Shown here in pieces: positions 1 to 10,052 of a stretch of DNA of 64,000 nucleotides; the first letter of the stretch is position 1, and every line of letters starts with the position of its first letter. The translations under genes were made by a program, and so were the position numbers. Under the pieces are notes generated by a model. The model was given only the letters and a program-made list of their open reading frames with translations, was not told where the DNA came from and did not search any database. The DNA is from Minisyncoccota bacterium (GTDB lineage: Bacteria > Patescibacteriota > Minisyncoccia > Phycocordibacterales > CAIZLB01), in assembly GCA_021734945.1 (NCBI GenBank), contig JAIPIA010000002.1:258829-322828 (forward strand), given 5' to 3'.

Positions 1-642
1 ACCTCGCCATCGGCTCTTGCCGGCCTTTCCAAGGTTCTGGAGCCAGTTTTCGTCATTTGATACCTCTCCGACTGTTGCCCAAGCTGTATCGATGATTTTT
101 CGCACTTCTGTTGAAGGAAGTTTGATTTGAGCATAACCTGAGTCCTGGCCAATTACTTCAGCATAGTTTCCAGCTGAACGTACAAGCTTAGAACCTCCTT
201 TTGGTTTAATTTCAATATTGTACACAAATGTACCTACTGGAATGTTATGTAATGGAAGTCGGTTAGCAGGCTTAATTTCAGCCTTTTCACCTACTAGGAA
301 TGTGTCTCCGGCTTTTACAGACTTTGGAACAATAACGTATCGCTTCTCACCGTCTGCATATACTGCAAGACCAATGAATGCTGTTCGGTTTGGATCGTAT
401 TCAACAGTAGTGATTTTCGCAGGAATTTCCTTTTTGTCGTAGAAAAAGTCTACATCTCGGAACATTCGCTTGTTTCCACCTCCTTTGTGTCGAGTAGTAA
501 TCCGACCTCGGTTATTTCGTCCCATAGATCGCTTGAAGCCGTGTGTTAGGCCTTTGAAAGCCACATCAGTAGTAAGCACTCCACGGTGAGTAACCGTAGT
601 CATGTTTCGTCGTGATGGTGTTGTTGGTTTATATCGTTTCAT
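1..642 (-). CDS. rplB: 50S ribosomal protein L2 (partial, C-terminus beyond window edge)
   Basis: Reverse translation from ATG at 642 gives MKRYKPTTPSRRNMT...GGGNKRMFR, the typical L2 N-terminus. It lies downstream of L23 on the minus strand as in S10 operons. Confidence 0.85.
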   Translation of the reverse strand, partial: MKRYKPTTPSRRNMTTVTHRGVLTTDVAFKGLTHGFKRSMGRNNRGRITTRHKGGGNKRMFRDVDFFYDKKEIPAKITTVEYDPNRTAFIGLAVYADGEKRYVIVPKSVKAGDTFLVGEKAEIKPANRLPLHNIPVGTFVYNIEIKPKGGSKLVRSAGNYAEVIGQDSGYAQIKLPSTEVRKIIDTAWATVGEVSNDENWLQNLGKAGKSRWRG

Positions 643-660
643 ATTTTTATTTTGAAATTA

Positions 661-957
661 TTAAGCCAACTCAATAGTTTCTCCCTTCTTGAGAGTAACA
701 TATGCTTTGATAACACCTTGCTTTACACCAGCCTTACCTCGCACCATTACTCGCTTTGCAGGAGTTCGTGCGATGTTTACTGAAACTGGAGTAACTTTAT
801 AAAGCTCTTTTACAGCAGCTGTAACAGAAGCCTTCGTAGCAGTTTTGAAAATTTCAAAAACATACTTACCTTTTTCAGCTGAAATAGCTGCTTTTTCAGT
901 AATTCGAGGTCGTTTGATTACATCTGATGGATGCTTTTTGATTGAAGTTGTAGTCAT
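661..957 (-). CDS. rplW: 50S ribosomal protein L23
   Basis: 98-aa ORF with L23-like sequence (ITEKAAISAEKGKYVFEI...). It is positioned between L4 and L2. Confidence 0.85.
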   Translation of the reverse strand: MTTTSIKKHPSDVIKRPRITEKAAISAEKGKYVFEIFKTATKASVTAAVKELYKVTPVSVNIARTPAKRVMVRGKAGVKQGVIKAYVTLKKGETIELA

Positions 958-962
958 GGCAG

Positions 963-1703
963 TTAGTTCATCTTAGAGCTAAGAGTTTTTACAATTTCTT
1001 CAGGAGTAGTCATAACAACATACTTGTACTGAAGAAGAGCGAGAGGGTTGATGTTTCGAACCTCCATCACCTCCAAGTTACCCATATTTTGGAATCCAAG
1101 CTTAACGTTTGCATCAAGTGTTGGAACCGCAATAAGTGCAGCATTGTTTCGTCGCTTTGAAAGCATTTCAAAGCCTTCAATTGAACCTAGTTTTGTAAGA
1201 GCTACTCGAGCGTCTTTAGTCTTAGGTGTAGAAAGTGTAAGTGAATTCAAGAACAGTACTTCTCCATCTCGTAGTTTCTGAGAAAGAATAGTATAGATTG
1301 CCTTCACTTTCATTTTCTTGTTAATTTTTCGGTCGTAGTTCTTGTCGTTTCGAGGACCGTGTGCCACACCTCCACCAACCCAGATCGGAGATCGAGTTGA
1401 TCCGTGTCGTGCACGACCAGTACCTTTTTGTGCCCAAGGCTTTTTACCTCCTCCACTTACGTCAGCTCTACTTTTTGTGTGAGCAACTGACTTACGTGCA
1501 GAACTTCGCATTGACTGTACAACCTGGTGTACAAGGTCAGCGTTCCAGTTGAGTCCAAAGATTTCTCCTGGAGCGTCAAATGTAGATGTACTCTTACCGT
1601 TTTGGTCGAACACCTTCACCTCTACATTTTTCAATTCAGCCTTTTTGTCAGACTTCTTGCCATCTTTCTTCTTTTCTATTTTTTTAGCAAAATCTTTAGC
1701 CAT
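963..1703 (-). CDS. rplD: 50S ribosomal protein L4, with Lys-rich N-terminal extension
   Basis: Contains the L4 core motif GGGKKPWAQKGTGRARHGS...GGGVAHGP and sits in S10 operon order. Confidence 0.85.
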   Translation of the reverse strand: MAKDFAKKIEKKKDGKKSDKKAELKNVEVKVFDQNGKSTSTFDAPGEIFGLNWNADLVHQVVQSMRSSARKSVAHTKSRADVSGGGKKPWAQKGTGRARHGSTRSPIWVGGGVAHGPRNDKNYDRKINKKMKVKAIYTILSQKLRDGEVLFLNSLTLSTPKTKDARVALTKLGSIEGFEMLSKRRNNAALIAVPTLDANVKLGFQNMGNLEVMEVRNINPLALLQYKYVVMTTPEEIVKTLSSKMN

Positions 1704-1730
1704 AAATTTATATATTGATTAGTGAAGATA

Positions 1731-2330
1731 TTAACCCTGTATTTCAACAAGAGTACCGCGTCGACCTGGAACTGCACCACGGATGTAAACTTCCTTTGTA
1801 TCTTTATCATAAGCCATAACAACGAGGTTCTTTACAGTAACTCGATCGCCACCCATTCGGCCTGGCATTCGTGTACCTTTAAAAACTCGCTGATATCCAC
1901 CGGCACCGATAGAACCTCCCTCTCGTTCAGAGTGTTTCTGTCCGTGAGATCGTGGTCCACCATGGAACCCGTGTCGCTTTACTACACCTTGGAAACCCTT
2001 TCCTTTAGATATAGCAGATACCACAACTACGTCACCAGCTTCTAAAGTAGATTCTACTTTATCGCCAAGAGCTCCTTCAGTAATACCAGCAATCTCTTTG
2101 AGATGTCGGAAATTACCAAGATCCTTCATGTGACCTTTTTGTGCTTTGTTAATATTTTTTTCTTTTTTTGTTCCAAAACCAACCTGGATAGCCTCGTACC
2201 CATCCTTGAGTTTTGTCTTTACCTGAGTAACAACCAAGTCCTCTGCCCTAACGACAGTAACTGGATGTACTTTGCCCTCCTCGTCGAAGAGCTGTGTCAT
2301 ATTCTGTTTTGTTCCAAGAATGAATTTCAT
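1731..2330 (-). CDS. rplC: 50S ribosomal protein L3
   Basis: MKFILGTKQNMTQLFDEEGKVHPVTVV and the GKGFQGVVKRHGF motif are typical L3. Confidence 0.9.
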   Translation of the reverse strand: MKFILGTKQNMTQLFDEEGKVHPVTVVRAEDLVVTQVKTKLKDGYEAIQVGFGTKKEKNINKAQKGHMKDLGNFRHLKEIAGITEGALGDKVESTLEAGDVVVVSAISKGKGFQGVVKRHGFHGGPRSHGQKHSEREGGSIGAGGYQRVFKGTRMPGRMGGDRVTVKNLVVMAYDKDTKEVYIRGAVPGRRGTLVEIQG

Positions 2331-2375
2331 AGTAGTAGGCTTAATTGCAATGAGTGGTAAGTATGTCTAATTAGA

Positions 2376-2735
2376 TTAGAGCATCTTTACATCAATGTTG
2401 ACTCCTGAAGGAAGACTGAGGTTCGTAAGAGCTTCAATCACTTTTGCAGAAGGATTAACAATATCGAGAAGTCGCTTGTGGACTCGCATTTCAAATTGTT
2501 CTCGAGCGTTCTTGTAAACGAATGCTGATCGGTTAACTGTGTAGATTCTCTTTTCTGTTGGGAGAGGCACAGGACCGAGGATAACGGCATCGTATCTAAG
2601 AGCTGTATCCATAATCTGCTTGATTGATGCATCTATAATCTTTGATTCGTATGCTCGCACACGAATTCGAAGCTTTGAAACACCTTCTTCTTTTCCGGCT
2701 GTCTTCTTTTTAGTTGTTTCTTTAGTTGCAGCCAT
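2376..2735 (-). CDS. rpsJ: 30S ribosomal protein S10 (N-terminal Lys-rich extension; longest ORF to 2786 begins with TTG)
   Basis: LRIRVRAYESKIIDASIKQIMDTA...GPVPLPTEKRIYTVNRS is the S10 core. The ATG at 2735 (MAATKETT...) is the preferred start. Confidence 0.8.
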   Translation of the reverse strand: MAATKETTKKKTAGKEEGVSKLRIRVRAYESKIIDASIKQIMDTALRYDAVILGPVPLPTEKRIYTVNRSAFVYKNAREQFEMRVHKRLLDIVNPSAKVIEALTNLSLPSGVNIDVKML

Positions 2736-2870
2736 GTGATGTGTTTTGTTAGTTGCCTTACCACAGACTGATTCCGCGACCTGCAATTTTTTGTCTTAAT
2801 TTGATTTCTCAAATTATTAAAAGATATTGCAGAGCCGTACGAACCAGCCCGTAGACCGGCTAAAAATTAC

Positions 2871-4064
2871 TTACGCAACAATCTTTGTTACAACACCCGC
2901 ACCTACAGTTTTACCACCTTCTCGGATAGCAAATCGCTGTTTGTCTTCAAGAGCAATAGGAGCGATGAGTTTAACTTTGAATGTAACTGTATCTCCAGGC
3001 ATAACCATTTCTACTCCTGCAGCAAGAGTTACTTCTCCAGTAACATCTGTTGTTCGTACGTAGAATTGTGGCTTGTAACCTGTAAAGAATGGAGAGTGTC
3101 GACCACCTTCTTCCTTCTTGAGGATGTAAACTTCAGCTTCAAACTCTGTATGAGGCTTAACTGAACCTGGCTTACAAATAACCTGTCCTCGTGTGAGGTC
3201 ATCTTTCTTTGCAGATCGAAGAAGGATACCAGCGTTGTCTCCAGCCATACCTTCGTTGAGCTGCTTATTGAACATTTCAATACCTGTAACAGTAGTTGAA
3301 GTTGTATCTTTAAGACCTACGATTTCGATAGTTTCACCAACTTTTACGATACCTCGTTCGATTTTACCTGTAACTACAGTTCCTCGTCCTTCGATAGAGA
3401 AGATGTCTTCAATAGGCATAAGGAAAGGCTTGTCAGTTTCTCGAACTGGAACTGGGATGTAAGTATCAAGAGCGTCAGCAAGTTCTAGAACTTTCTTTGA
3501 CCACTCATCATCATTACTTGTTGCTTCGAGAGCCTTAAGAGCTGAACCTCGAATAACTGGAGCGTTTTCGTCAAAACCGTTCTTCGCGAGAAGTTCTCGG
3601 ATTTCAGCTTCAACGAGGTCGAGCATGTCTGCATCATCAACCATATCGCACTTGTTTAGAAATACGATGATCTTTGGCACACCAACCTGCTTAGCCAAGA
3701 GAACGTGTTCTCGTGTCTGTGGCATAGCACCGTCAGTTGCTGCTACTACGAGAATAGCACCGTCCATCTGAGCTGCACCAGTAATCATGTTCTTGATATA
3801 GTCGGCGTGACCTGGAGCGTCAATGTGAGCATAGTGTCGCGCGTCTGTAGCATACTCTGAGTGAGAAAGAGAGATAGTAATACCTCGAGCTTTTTCTTCA
3901 GGAGCCTTGTCGATATCTCCAACAGCCTTAAGAGTAACTTGCTTACCCGCTCGGTGAAGAACGTTAAGAATAGCTGCTGTAAGAGTTGTCTTTCCGTGGT
4001 CTACGTGTCCAATTGTACCTACGTTTAAGTGAGGTTTTGATCGGTCAAAAACTTCTTGTGCCAT
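2871..4064 (-). CDS. tuf: elongation factor Tu
   Basis: [32 protein letters not shown]..., with GTPase motifs and the EF-Tu C-terminus. ATG at 4064 is preferred; the ORF extends to a non-ATG start at 4127. Confidence 0.92.
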   Translation of the reverse strand: MAQEVFDRSKPHLNVGTIGHVDHGKTTLTAAILNVLHRAGKQVTLKAVGDIDKAPEEKARGITISLSHSEYATDARHYAHIDAPGHADYIKNMITGAAQMDGAILVVAATDGAMPQTREHVLLAKQVGVPKIIVFLNKCDMVDDADMLDLVEAEIRELLAKNGFDENAPVIRGSALKALEATSNDDEWSKKVLELADALDTYIPVPVRETDKPFLMPIEDIFSIEGRGTVVTGKIERGIVKVGETIEIVGLKDTTSTTVTGIEMFNKQLNEGMAGDNAGILLRSAKKDDLTRGQVICKPGSVKPHTEFEAEVYILKKEEGGRHSPFFTGYKPQFYVRTTDVTGEVTLAAGVEMVMPGDTVTFKVKLIAPIALEDKQRFAIREGGKTVGAGVVTKIVA

Positions 4065-4391
4065 ATATATGTTTTGTTTAATTGCTATCTTAAGGAATTT
4101 AGATGAAGCGATATTTTGCTCACACAAACTCAGTAAGTTCCCAATTAAGATTTAATTATTTTTTATTAAACTTTATCTACAGTGCTTTAGCGGCTTAGAT
4201 TAAGGGTTATTTGTAAACTTCCGTTTATTTTGCAAATAATACTTAATCGACTCACTAGAGGTTACAGATAAAAAAAGCGCCGAAACGCAATGCAGAGATA
4301 GTACCAGAGATATGGAGGTAAAGTCAATGGAAATATGAGGGGAATAGGTTGAAAATAGGTGATAAAGGCTGAGTTTGTCAGTATATATAAA

Positions 4392-4482
4392 ATTATAAAG
4401 AAAAAAGCCCCGACCGAGCCCTCATACTTTCATCCACGCTACTACCTGCGGATTATTATAGAGGACTCGAATCGGGGCCGAG
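4392..4482 (-). terminator. putative intrinsic terminator downstream of the GC-rich ORF (long-loop hairpin gccccga...tcggggc followed by T-run on minus strand)
   Basis: Inverted repeat gccccgaccgag / ctcgaatcggggc flanked by an A-run on the plus strand, which is a T-run on the minus strand. Confidence 0.3.
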
Positions 4483-4511
4483 CTGAGAAATTGTCTCAAC
4501 GTAGTGCTTCT

Positions 4512-4913
4512 TCAGGGAACAGCAGGATGTGCTGGTGTCCAGACGTGAACGGCGGAGTGCTTGCCCACCGGGTCGTCAGGAGCCCAGAGTTTAAAAGCTG
4601 ACGGCGAGGCACCGACGAAAGCAGAATCCAAACCAACGGAATGTGAGCTCTCGACGAGTGCTCGCTGTTGGATATGGATCCCGACTTCGATCGGGGAACC
4701 TGGGGACTGAACGCTGAGGGTGGAAGTTTCCATGACACCGCAGTGCTGGATCGCGAAGACATTTGGTGCGATCTTGGTTGCGGTAGCAGGAACGACGACT
4801 TTAACGTTGATGCCGTCAGCGATGGTGCTGATAGCTTGGTCTTGAGGCGTGGCATGGACTTGCGGTCCGAAGCACGCAATCGCGATGAACGCGAGGGTGA
4901 GGATGTGTTTCAT
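4512..4913 (-). CDS. hypothetical secreted protein encoded in an anomalously GC-rich island
   Basis: 133-aa ORF with a clear signal peptide MKHILTLAFIAIACFGPQVHA. Local GC is far above its surroundings. An overlapping same-strand ORF in another frame is typical of GC-rich coding DNA. A hairpin plus T-run lies downstream on the minus strand. Confidence 0.5.
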   Translation of the reverse strand: MKHILTLAFIAIACFGPQVHATPQDQAISTIADGINVKVVVPATATKIAPNVFAIQHCGVMETSTLSVQSPGSPIEVGIHIQQRALVESSHSVGLDSAFVGASPSAFKLWAPDDPVGKHSAVHVWTPAHPAVP

Positions 4914-5077
4914 AGTGAGACGTAACCTTTACCTTTGCTTGAGCGCAATTTCTTGAGCAGTCCTAGGGACAACTCAATTAATTGCATCCACACTGTGTGA
5001 GCGCAGAGTACTATTAAGTTTATACCTCTCACACACTACGTCAATAGTTTTTTATAGAATAAACAGTGTAAAACTTT

Positions 5078-6652
5078 TTAACTTAAAGCCTCTAGTACAG
5101 CAATCAACTTCTGATGAATACCGTCGAATGATCCATTACTCATTATTACTAAAACATCACCTGGGGTTGCAATAGCCGCTATTTTCTCTATAACTTGATG
5201 ACCATTTGCTACGCATACTGCGTAAAATTCCTTTGATTCTCTATTCTCTTCTCCATTTTCACCCTTATTTCTAGGCACTTTTTTGTAATTCTTAATACTT
5301 TCATCAACCACAACGTTCCCATCAATAAAGTCACTTGGAGTATCGTTATGACGAAGTTCTGGCATAGAGAGCACTAGACCGTCCACACTCACGAACGCAT
5401 GTGCATACTCATGTTCAAACATTTTCTTTCGACTTGTGTTAGATCTTGGCTCAAAAATTGCAAAAATTCGATTGCTAGGAAAATGTTCTCTAATACCAGC
5501 AAGAGTTTCTCTGACAGCAGTAGGGTGATGCGCGAAGTCGTCTATGATTGTAATTTCATTTACTGTAGCAACAATTTCTTGTCGTCGTTTCATTCCATTA
5601 AAAGTAGCGAGTCCATCGCAAATTTGTTCAAAAGAAAGATTCTGGTTCAAAGCGATAGCAATCACAGCAAGCGTGTTTGCTAAATTATATTTTCCAAAAA
5701 GACGAATGGATAGTCGTCCCAATTCATTACCTTTGTAGACGAGAGTAAATACTTGTCCTTTATCATCTACTACAATGTCTTTTGCAGTAACGTCGTTAGT
5801 TGAATCAAAACCATAATATAAGACATCAGCTTCTGTAAATTTTGAAAGTTCTCGAACATCCTGTGAATCACCATTAAGGACAAGTACTCCACCGTTTTCC
5901 GCGCTTGCAGTTTCTTCTGCTAAAAATATAAAAGACTTTTTATACTCCTCAAAGTCAGAATATATGTCGGCATGATCAAATTCGAGAGATGTAACAACTG
6001 CAACTTTTGGCTTATAGTGAAGAAACTTTGGTGACTTGTCGAAGTACGCAGTATCGTATTCATCCCCTTCTATTATGAAATGTTTAGATTCTATTTGAGG
6101 AGCCAGGTCTGATGTAGTGTCTTTTATACCCTGCTCGTTTTGTCGAACTGCTCCAGAACTAAAGCTTGTTTCTTGAATTCCGTTTGAAGTTGGAACAGCT
6201 ACACCACCAACTAAAAATCCAGGATTCAATCCAGCACTCAAAAAGACATGTGCACACAAACCTGTTGTAGTAGTTTTTCCATGAGTACCACAAATCACAA
6301 TTGAAGTTTTGTCTTTAATAAAAAATTCAGCAATCGCTTCAGACATTGAAAGTTGAGGAAGATTGTTTTCTCGGACATACGCACCCTCTTCATTATCAGG
6401 ACCAAACATATTTGCAACGATTGTTAAATCTTTATCTTTTACATGCTCTTTAGAAAAACCTTCGTAAAATTTTATATTCAATTTATTTATCAAATCACTT
6501 GCTGGTGGATAACAACCAACATCTGATCCAGAAATATCGTAACCCTCTTCAGCAAACAATCCTGCGAGTGATGATGTAGCTTTACCACACACACCCGTGA
6601 TGTGAACTTTTTTAATTTCCCCTCGCCCAACTTTTTCTGAAAGTTCGCTCAT
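5078..6652 (-). CDS. mpl: UDP-N-acetylmuramate:L-alanyl-gamma-D-glutamyl-meso-DAP ligase (murein peptide ligase, Mur ligase family); ORF extends to 6799
   Basis: Carries Mpl-diagnostic motifs: GVCGKATSSLA, YPPAS, GTHGKTTTT, IEGDEYDTAYFDKSPKFLHY, LEFDHADIY, DDFAHHPTAV, EPRSNTS and MSNGSFDGIHQKL. The ATG at 6652 (MSELSEK) has the best RBS-like context; 6748 is an alternative start. Confidence 0.75.
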   Translation of the reverse strand: MSELSEKVGRGEIKKVHITGVCGKATSSLAGLFAEEGYDISGSDVGCYPPASDLINKLNIKFYEGFSKEHVKDKDLTIVANMFGPDNEEGAYVRENNLPQLSMSEAIAEFFIKDKTSIVICGTHGKTTTTGLCAHVFLSAGLNPGFLVGGVAVPTSNGIQETSFSSGAVRQNEQGIKDTTSDLAPQIESKHFIIEGDEYDTAYFDKSPKFLHYKPKVAVVTSLEFDHADIYSDFEEYKKSFIFLAEETASAENGGVLVLNGDSQDVRELSKFTEADVLYYGFDSTNDVTAKDIVVDDKGQVFTLVYKGNELGRLSIRLFGKYNLANTLAVIAIALNQNLSFEQICDGLATFNGMKRRQEIVATVNEITIIDDFAHHPTAVRETLAGIREHFPSNRIFAIFEPRSNTSRKKMFEHEYAHAFVSVDGLVLSMPELRHNDTPSDFIDGNVVVDESIKNYKKVPRNKGENGEENRESKEFYAVCVANGHQVIEKIAAIATPGDVLVIMSNGSFDGIHQKLIAVLEALS

Positions 6653-6840
6653 GTAGGACCTATCAAAAATTCTTTTTTCAGCAGTACCAGTCTCCTGTCC
6701 TATCCTTTTTGTCTTTTGTTCAAAAAATTCTTGGGCGTTTTTTTTCATATAGTGTAATTGTATGCACATTTTATATGCAATATTTATATACATTAGCATT
6801 TTTATACTACTTCATAAAGAAAATAATATCTACTTTAACA

Positions 6841-6872
6841 AAAACACCCCACATTTCTGCGCGGTGTTTTTG
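6841..6872 (-). terminator. intrinsic terminator downstream of fusA
   Basis: Hairpin acaccccacatttctgcgcggtgt followed by a T-run on the minus strand. Confidence 0.5.
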
Positions 6873-6914
6873 TAATTTTCGAGAGAAATTTTAACTCTAC
6901 CCACTACTCAGAAC

Positions 6915-9062
6915 TTACTTTCGTGACTCAACGATTTCTTTTTCAACGTTTGGTGGAACCACATCGTAGTGATCGAATTCCATTGTCATTGAACCTCGTC
7001 CTTGTGTCATAGATCGTAGATCAGTTGTGTAACCGAACATTTCTGATAGAGGAACCATAGCTCGAATAACCTTGTTGAGACCTCGGTCATCCATACCTTC
7101 GATTTGACCTCGTTTTGATGAGAGTGAACCTGTACAATCTCCCATGAACTGTTCTGGAGTTACAACTTCTACTTTCATAATTGGCTCAAGGATAACTGGC
7201 TTAGCTTTCTTAGCAGCTGCCTGGAATGCCTGTGACGCAGCAATCTTGTACGCGATTTCTGATGAGTCCACATCGTGAGATGAACCGAATGTAAGTTCAC
7301 AAGATACATCTGTCATTGGGAATCCAGCAACAATACCTCGATCCATAGCTTCTTTTACACCCTTTTCAACTGCAGGAATAAATTCTGTTGGAATAACACC
7401 TCCCTTGATAGAGTCGATGAATTCGAAACCAGCTTCACGGTGAACGTTCTTTGGAATCTTTGCACCTTCTTCAACTGCTTCAAGTGGTTTGATTGTAATT
7501 CGAACGTGACCGTACTGACCCTTACCTCCAGACTGCTTAACGTATTTGTAGTCTTCATCAACACAAGTTCCCTTGATAGTTTCTCGGTATGATACCTGTG
7601 GCTTACCTACGTTTGCTTCTACGTTAAATTCTCGCTTCATTCGATCAACCATAATTTCAAGGTGGAGTTCACCCATACCAGCGATGATAGTTTCACCTGT
7701 TTCCTGGTTTGATGAAATTCGGAAAGTTGGATCTTCATCACCAAGCTTCTTGAGAGCAACACCCATTTTTTCCTGATCTGCTTTTGTCTTTGGTTCGATT
7801 CGAAGTGACACTACAGGTTCAGCGAACTTGATAGGATCAAGGATAATAGGGTGAGCCTCATCACAGAAAGTATGAGATGTTTTTGCATCTTTCAAACCTA
7901 CTGCAGCTGCAATTTCTCCGGCGTACACTTTCTTTACTTCTTCTCGCTTGTTAGCCTGAAGTCGTACAATTCGTCCAAGTCGTTCTTTCTGACCTGTTGT
8001 TGAGTTGTAAATGTATGAACCAGCTTCAATAGTTCCAGAGTACACTCGGAAGAATGTAAGCTGACCTACGAATGGATCTGTTTGAAGTTTGAATGCAAGA
8101 GCAGAGAATGGTACTGAGTCTGATGCAGCTCGTGTAATTTCTTCACCTGTTTCTGGATCAAGACCGTGTACTGGTGGTACATCAAGTGGAGATGGAAGAT
8201 AATCAACAACGGCGTCAAGAATAAGCTGTGTACCTTTGTTCTTCAAAGCTGAACCTGTAAATACTGGGAAAATCTTTCCAGCAATAACTCCCTTTCGAAG
8301 AGCAGCTTTCAAATCTTTAATATCAAAATCAGTTTTACCTTCGAGGTACTGATTCATCATAGTGTCATCGAGTTCAACAATTTTTTCTACAAATTCTGCT
8401 CGTCGTGTAGTAGATTCAGCAAGCATATCTGCAGGAATTTCATATTCAATAACTTTGTTACCCATTTCTCCTTCGAACTTGTAAGCCTTCATCTTAAGGA
8501 GATCAATAACTCCGTCGAAATCACCTTCGTTTCCAATTGGAAGCTGTGCTCGAACTGCGTTCTTGTTAAGTCGTTCTAGAATAGATGCAAATGATCGTTC
8601 GAATGAAGCACCTGTTCGGTCGAGTTTGTTGATGAAACAAATTCGTGGAACATTGTACTTGTCAGCTTGTCGCCATACAGTTTCAGACTGTGGCTCTACA
8701 CCAGCTACTCCATCAAATACTACAACTCCTCCGTCGAGTACTTTGAGTGATCGTTCTACTTCCACTGTGAAGTCTACGTGACCTGGTGTGTCAATAATGT
8801 TGAATCGGTGCATGAGAGATTTGTCTGTACCCATGTATGAAGGGTTCCAAAAACAAGTGATGGCAGCGGCAGTAATAGTAATACCTCGCTCTTTTTCTTG
8901 TTCCATCCAGTCAGTCACAGCTTCACCTTCGTGAACTTCACCAATCTTGTGTGACATACCTGTGTAATAAAGAATTCGTTCAGATGTCGTAGTTTTACCT
9001 GCGTCAATGTGAGCGATAATACCGAAGTTTCTTGTTTTCTCTAATGGATAATCTCGTTCCAT
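6915..9062 (-). CDS. fusA: elongation factor G
   Basis: [35 protein letters not shown]..., with full-length EF-G domain content over 715 aa. Confidence 0.92.
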   Translation of the reverse strand: MERDYPLEKTRNFGIIAHIDAGKTTTSERILYYTGMSHKIGEVHEGEAVTDWMEQEKERGITITAAAITCFWNPSYMGTDKSLMHRFNIIDTPGHVDFTVEVERSLKVLDGGVVVFDGVAGVEPQSETVWRQADKYNVPRICFINKLDRTGASFERSFASILERLNKNAVRAQLPIGNEGDFDGVIDLLKMKAYKFEGEMGNKVIEYEIPADMLAESTTRRAEFVEKIVELDDTMMNQYLEGKTDFDIKDLKAALRKGVIAGKIFPVFTGSALKNKGTQLILDAVVDYLPSPLDVPPVHGLDPETGEEITRAASDSVPFSALAFKLQTDPFVGQLTFFRVYSGTIEAGSYIYNSTTGQKERLGRIVRLQANKREEVKKVYAGEIAAAVGLKDAKTSHTFCDEAHPIILDPIKFAEPVVSLRIEPKTKADQEKMGVALKKLGDEDPTFRISSNQETGETIIAGMGELHLEIMVDRMKREFNVEANVGKPQVSYRETIKGTCVDEDYKYVKQSGGKGQYGHVRITIKPLEAVEEGAKIPKNVHREAGFEFIDSIKGGVIPTEFIPAVEKGVKEAMDRGIVAGFPMTDVSCELTFGSSHDVDSSEIAYKIAASQAFQAAAKKAKPVILEPIMKVEVVTPEQFMGDCTGSLSSKRGQIEGMDDRGLNKVIRAMVPLSEMFGYTTDLRSMTQGRGSMTMEFDHYDVVPPNVEKEIVESRK

Positions 9063-9296
9063 AAATGTGTTGTTGTGGCTGTTCGATTATTAGTTAAAAT
9101 TTTAATCAAAATTTAATAAAATTGATGAAAAATAAAAAAAGCGAACAGACCAAAATATAAATAATTTAATAAGGCACCGACTTTTTAGAATCAAATCTAG
9201 ATAGAAGTCGTGGGGATAAAATAGCATTATTTTAGGGTGTTTGCAATATAAGTCCTAGGTAAATATTTGATATACTGTCACTCTACATTCAAATAT

Positions 9297-10016
9297 ATGA
9301 AACTAATAATACTTGCTGCAGGAAAAGGGAAAAGAATGGGTGAATCTTCAAATCACACACCTAAACCTATTCTGAAATACAAAGGAAAAACACTTATTCA
9401 CCACAAGTTTGAACAACTTCCAAGCAGTATTGATGAAATTATCATTACAATAGGCCATTTAGGCGAAAAAGTTATTGACGCACTTGGTCATTCTTATGAC
9501 AATAGTAAAAATGGAGGGGCAATTATTCCTATTACATATATAGAACAGAAGGAACTTCTAGGAAGTGGTCATTCCCTGTGGCAAGCGAAGGAAGCTATTG
9601 GAAATAGTCCTTTTTTGGTGCTAATGGGTGATGATCTGTACTCAAAACAAGATTTAGAAGAAATGATTGCACTCAATATACAAAATCCTCAATCATGGAT
9701 TGCATTAGTAGAGCCTCAAAAGGACCATATTCCCTACGGCAAATGCGTTCTCGATGAAGAGGGCTATCTTATAGATTTTAGGAATGACCCAAATAAAGAG
9801 ATCCTTAGGAACCTCATGTACACAGGTGCCTGTCTTTTGACGCCTGATGTTTTTACACTGCCTCTTATAAAGATAAGTGAGACTGAATATGGGCTTCCAC
9901 ACACCTTTGTGCAGGAAGTGCGGCATAAATTGCCTTCAACAGGCAAACTGAACATACATGTAGTTTCGACCACCTACTGGAAGAGAGTTACTACTCCTGA
10001 GGATTTGGTTGAATAA
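9297..10016 (+). CDS. sugar-phosphate nucleotidyltransferase (NTP_transferase family)
   Basis: MKLIILAAGKGKRMG... matches the G-x-G-x-R nucleotidyltransferase signature, and LVLMGDDLY resembles the sugar-binding region. The ORF extends to 9267. Confidence 0.6.
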   Translation: MKLIILAAGKGKRMGESSNHTPKPILKYKGKTLIHHKFEQLPSSIDEIIITIGHLGEKVIDALGHSYDNSKNGGAIIPITYIEQKELLGSGHSLWQAKEAIGNSPFLVLMGDDLYSKQDLEEMIALNIQNPQSWIALVEPQKDHIPYGKCVLDEEGYLIDFRNDPNKEILRNLMYTGACLLTPDVFTLPLIKISETEYGLPHTFVQEVRHKLPSTGKLNIHVVSTTYWKRVTTPEDLVE

Positions 10017-10052
10017 TTTATGTATGTTGTCGAAATTCGACAATTATGAAAT

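Noticed and set aside
1048-2045. Plus-strand ORFs (1048-1281, 1361-1552, 1527-1718, 1722-2045) inside the r-protein genes
   Set aside because: They are antisense to strongly supported rplD/rplC coding sequence and have no recognisable motifs, so they are spurious.
4400-4930. GC-rich island considered as a structured RNA gene (RNase P RNA or tmRNA)
   Set aside because: There is no GGAAAGUCCGG P4 motif, no tmRNA tRNA-like 3' end and no tag reading frame. Instead it contains a long ORF with a textbook signal peptide and overlapping-frame ORFs typical of GC-rich coding DNA.
9063-9266. Imperfect hairpin (cgactt...aagtcg, 24-nt loop) in the fusA/NTase divergent promoter region
   Set aside because: The stem is short and imperfect with a long loop, and it is not followed by a T-run. 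It is likely just AT-rich promoter DNA.
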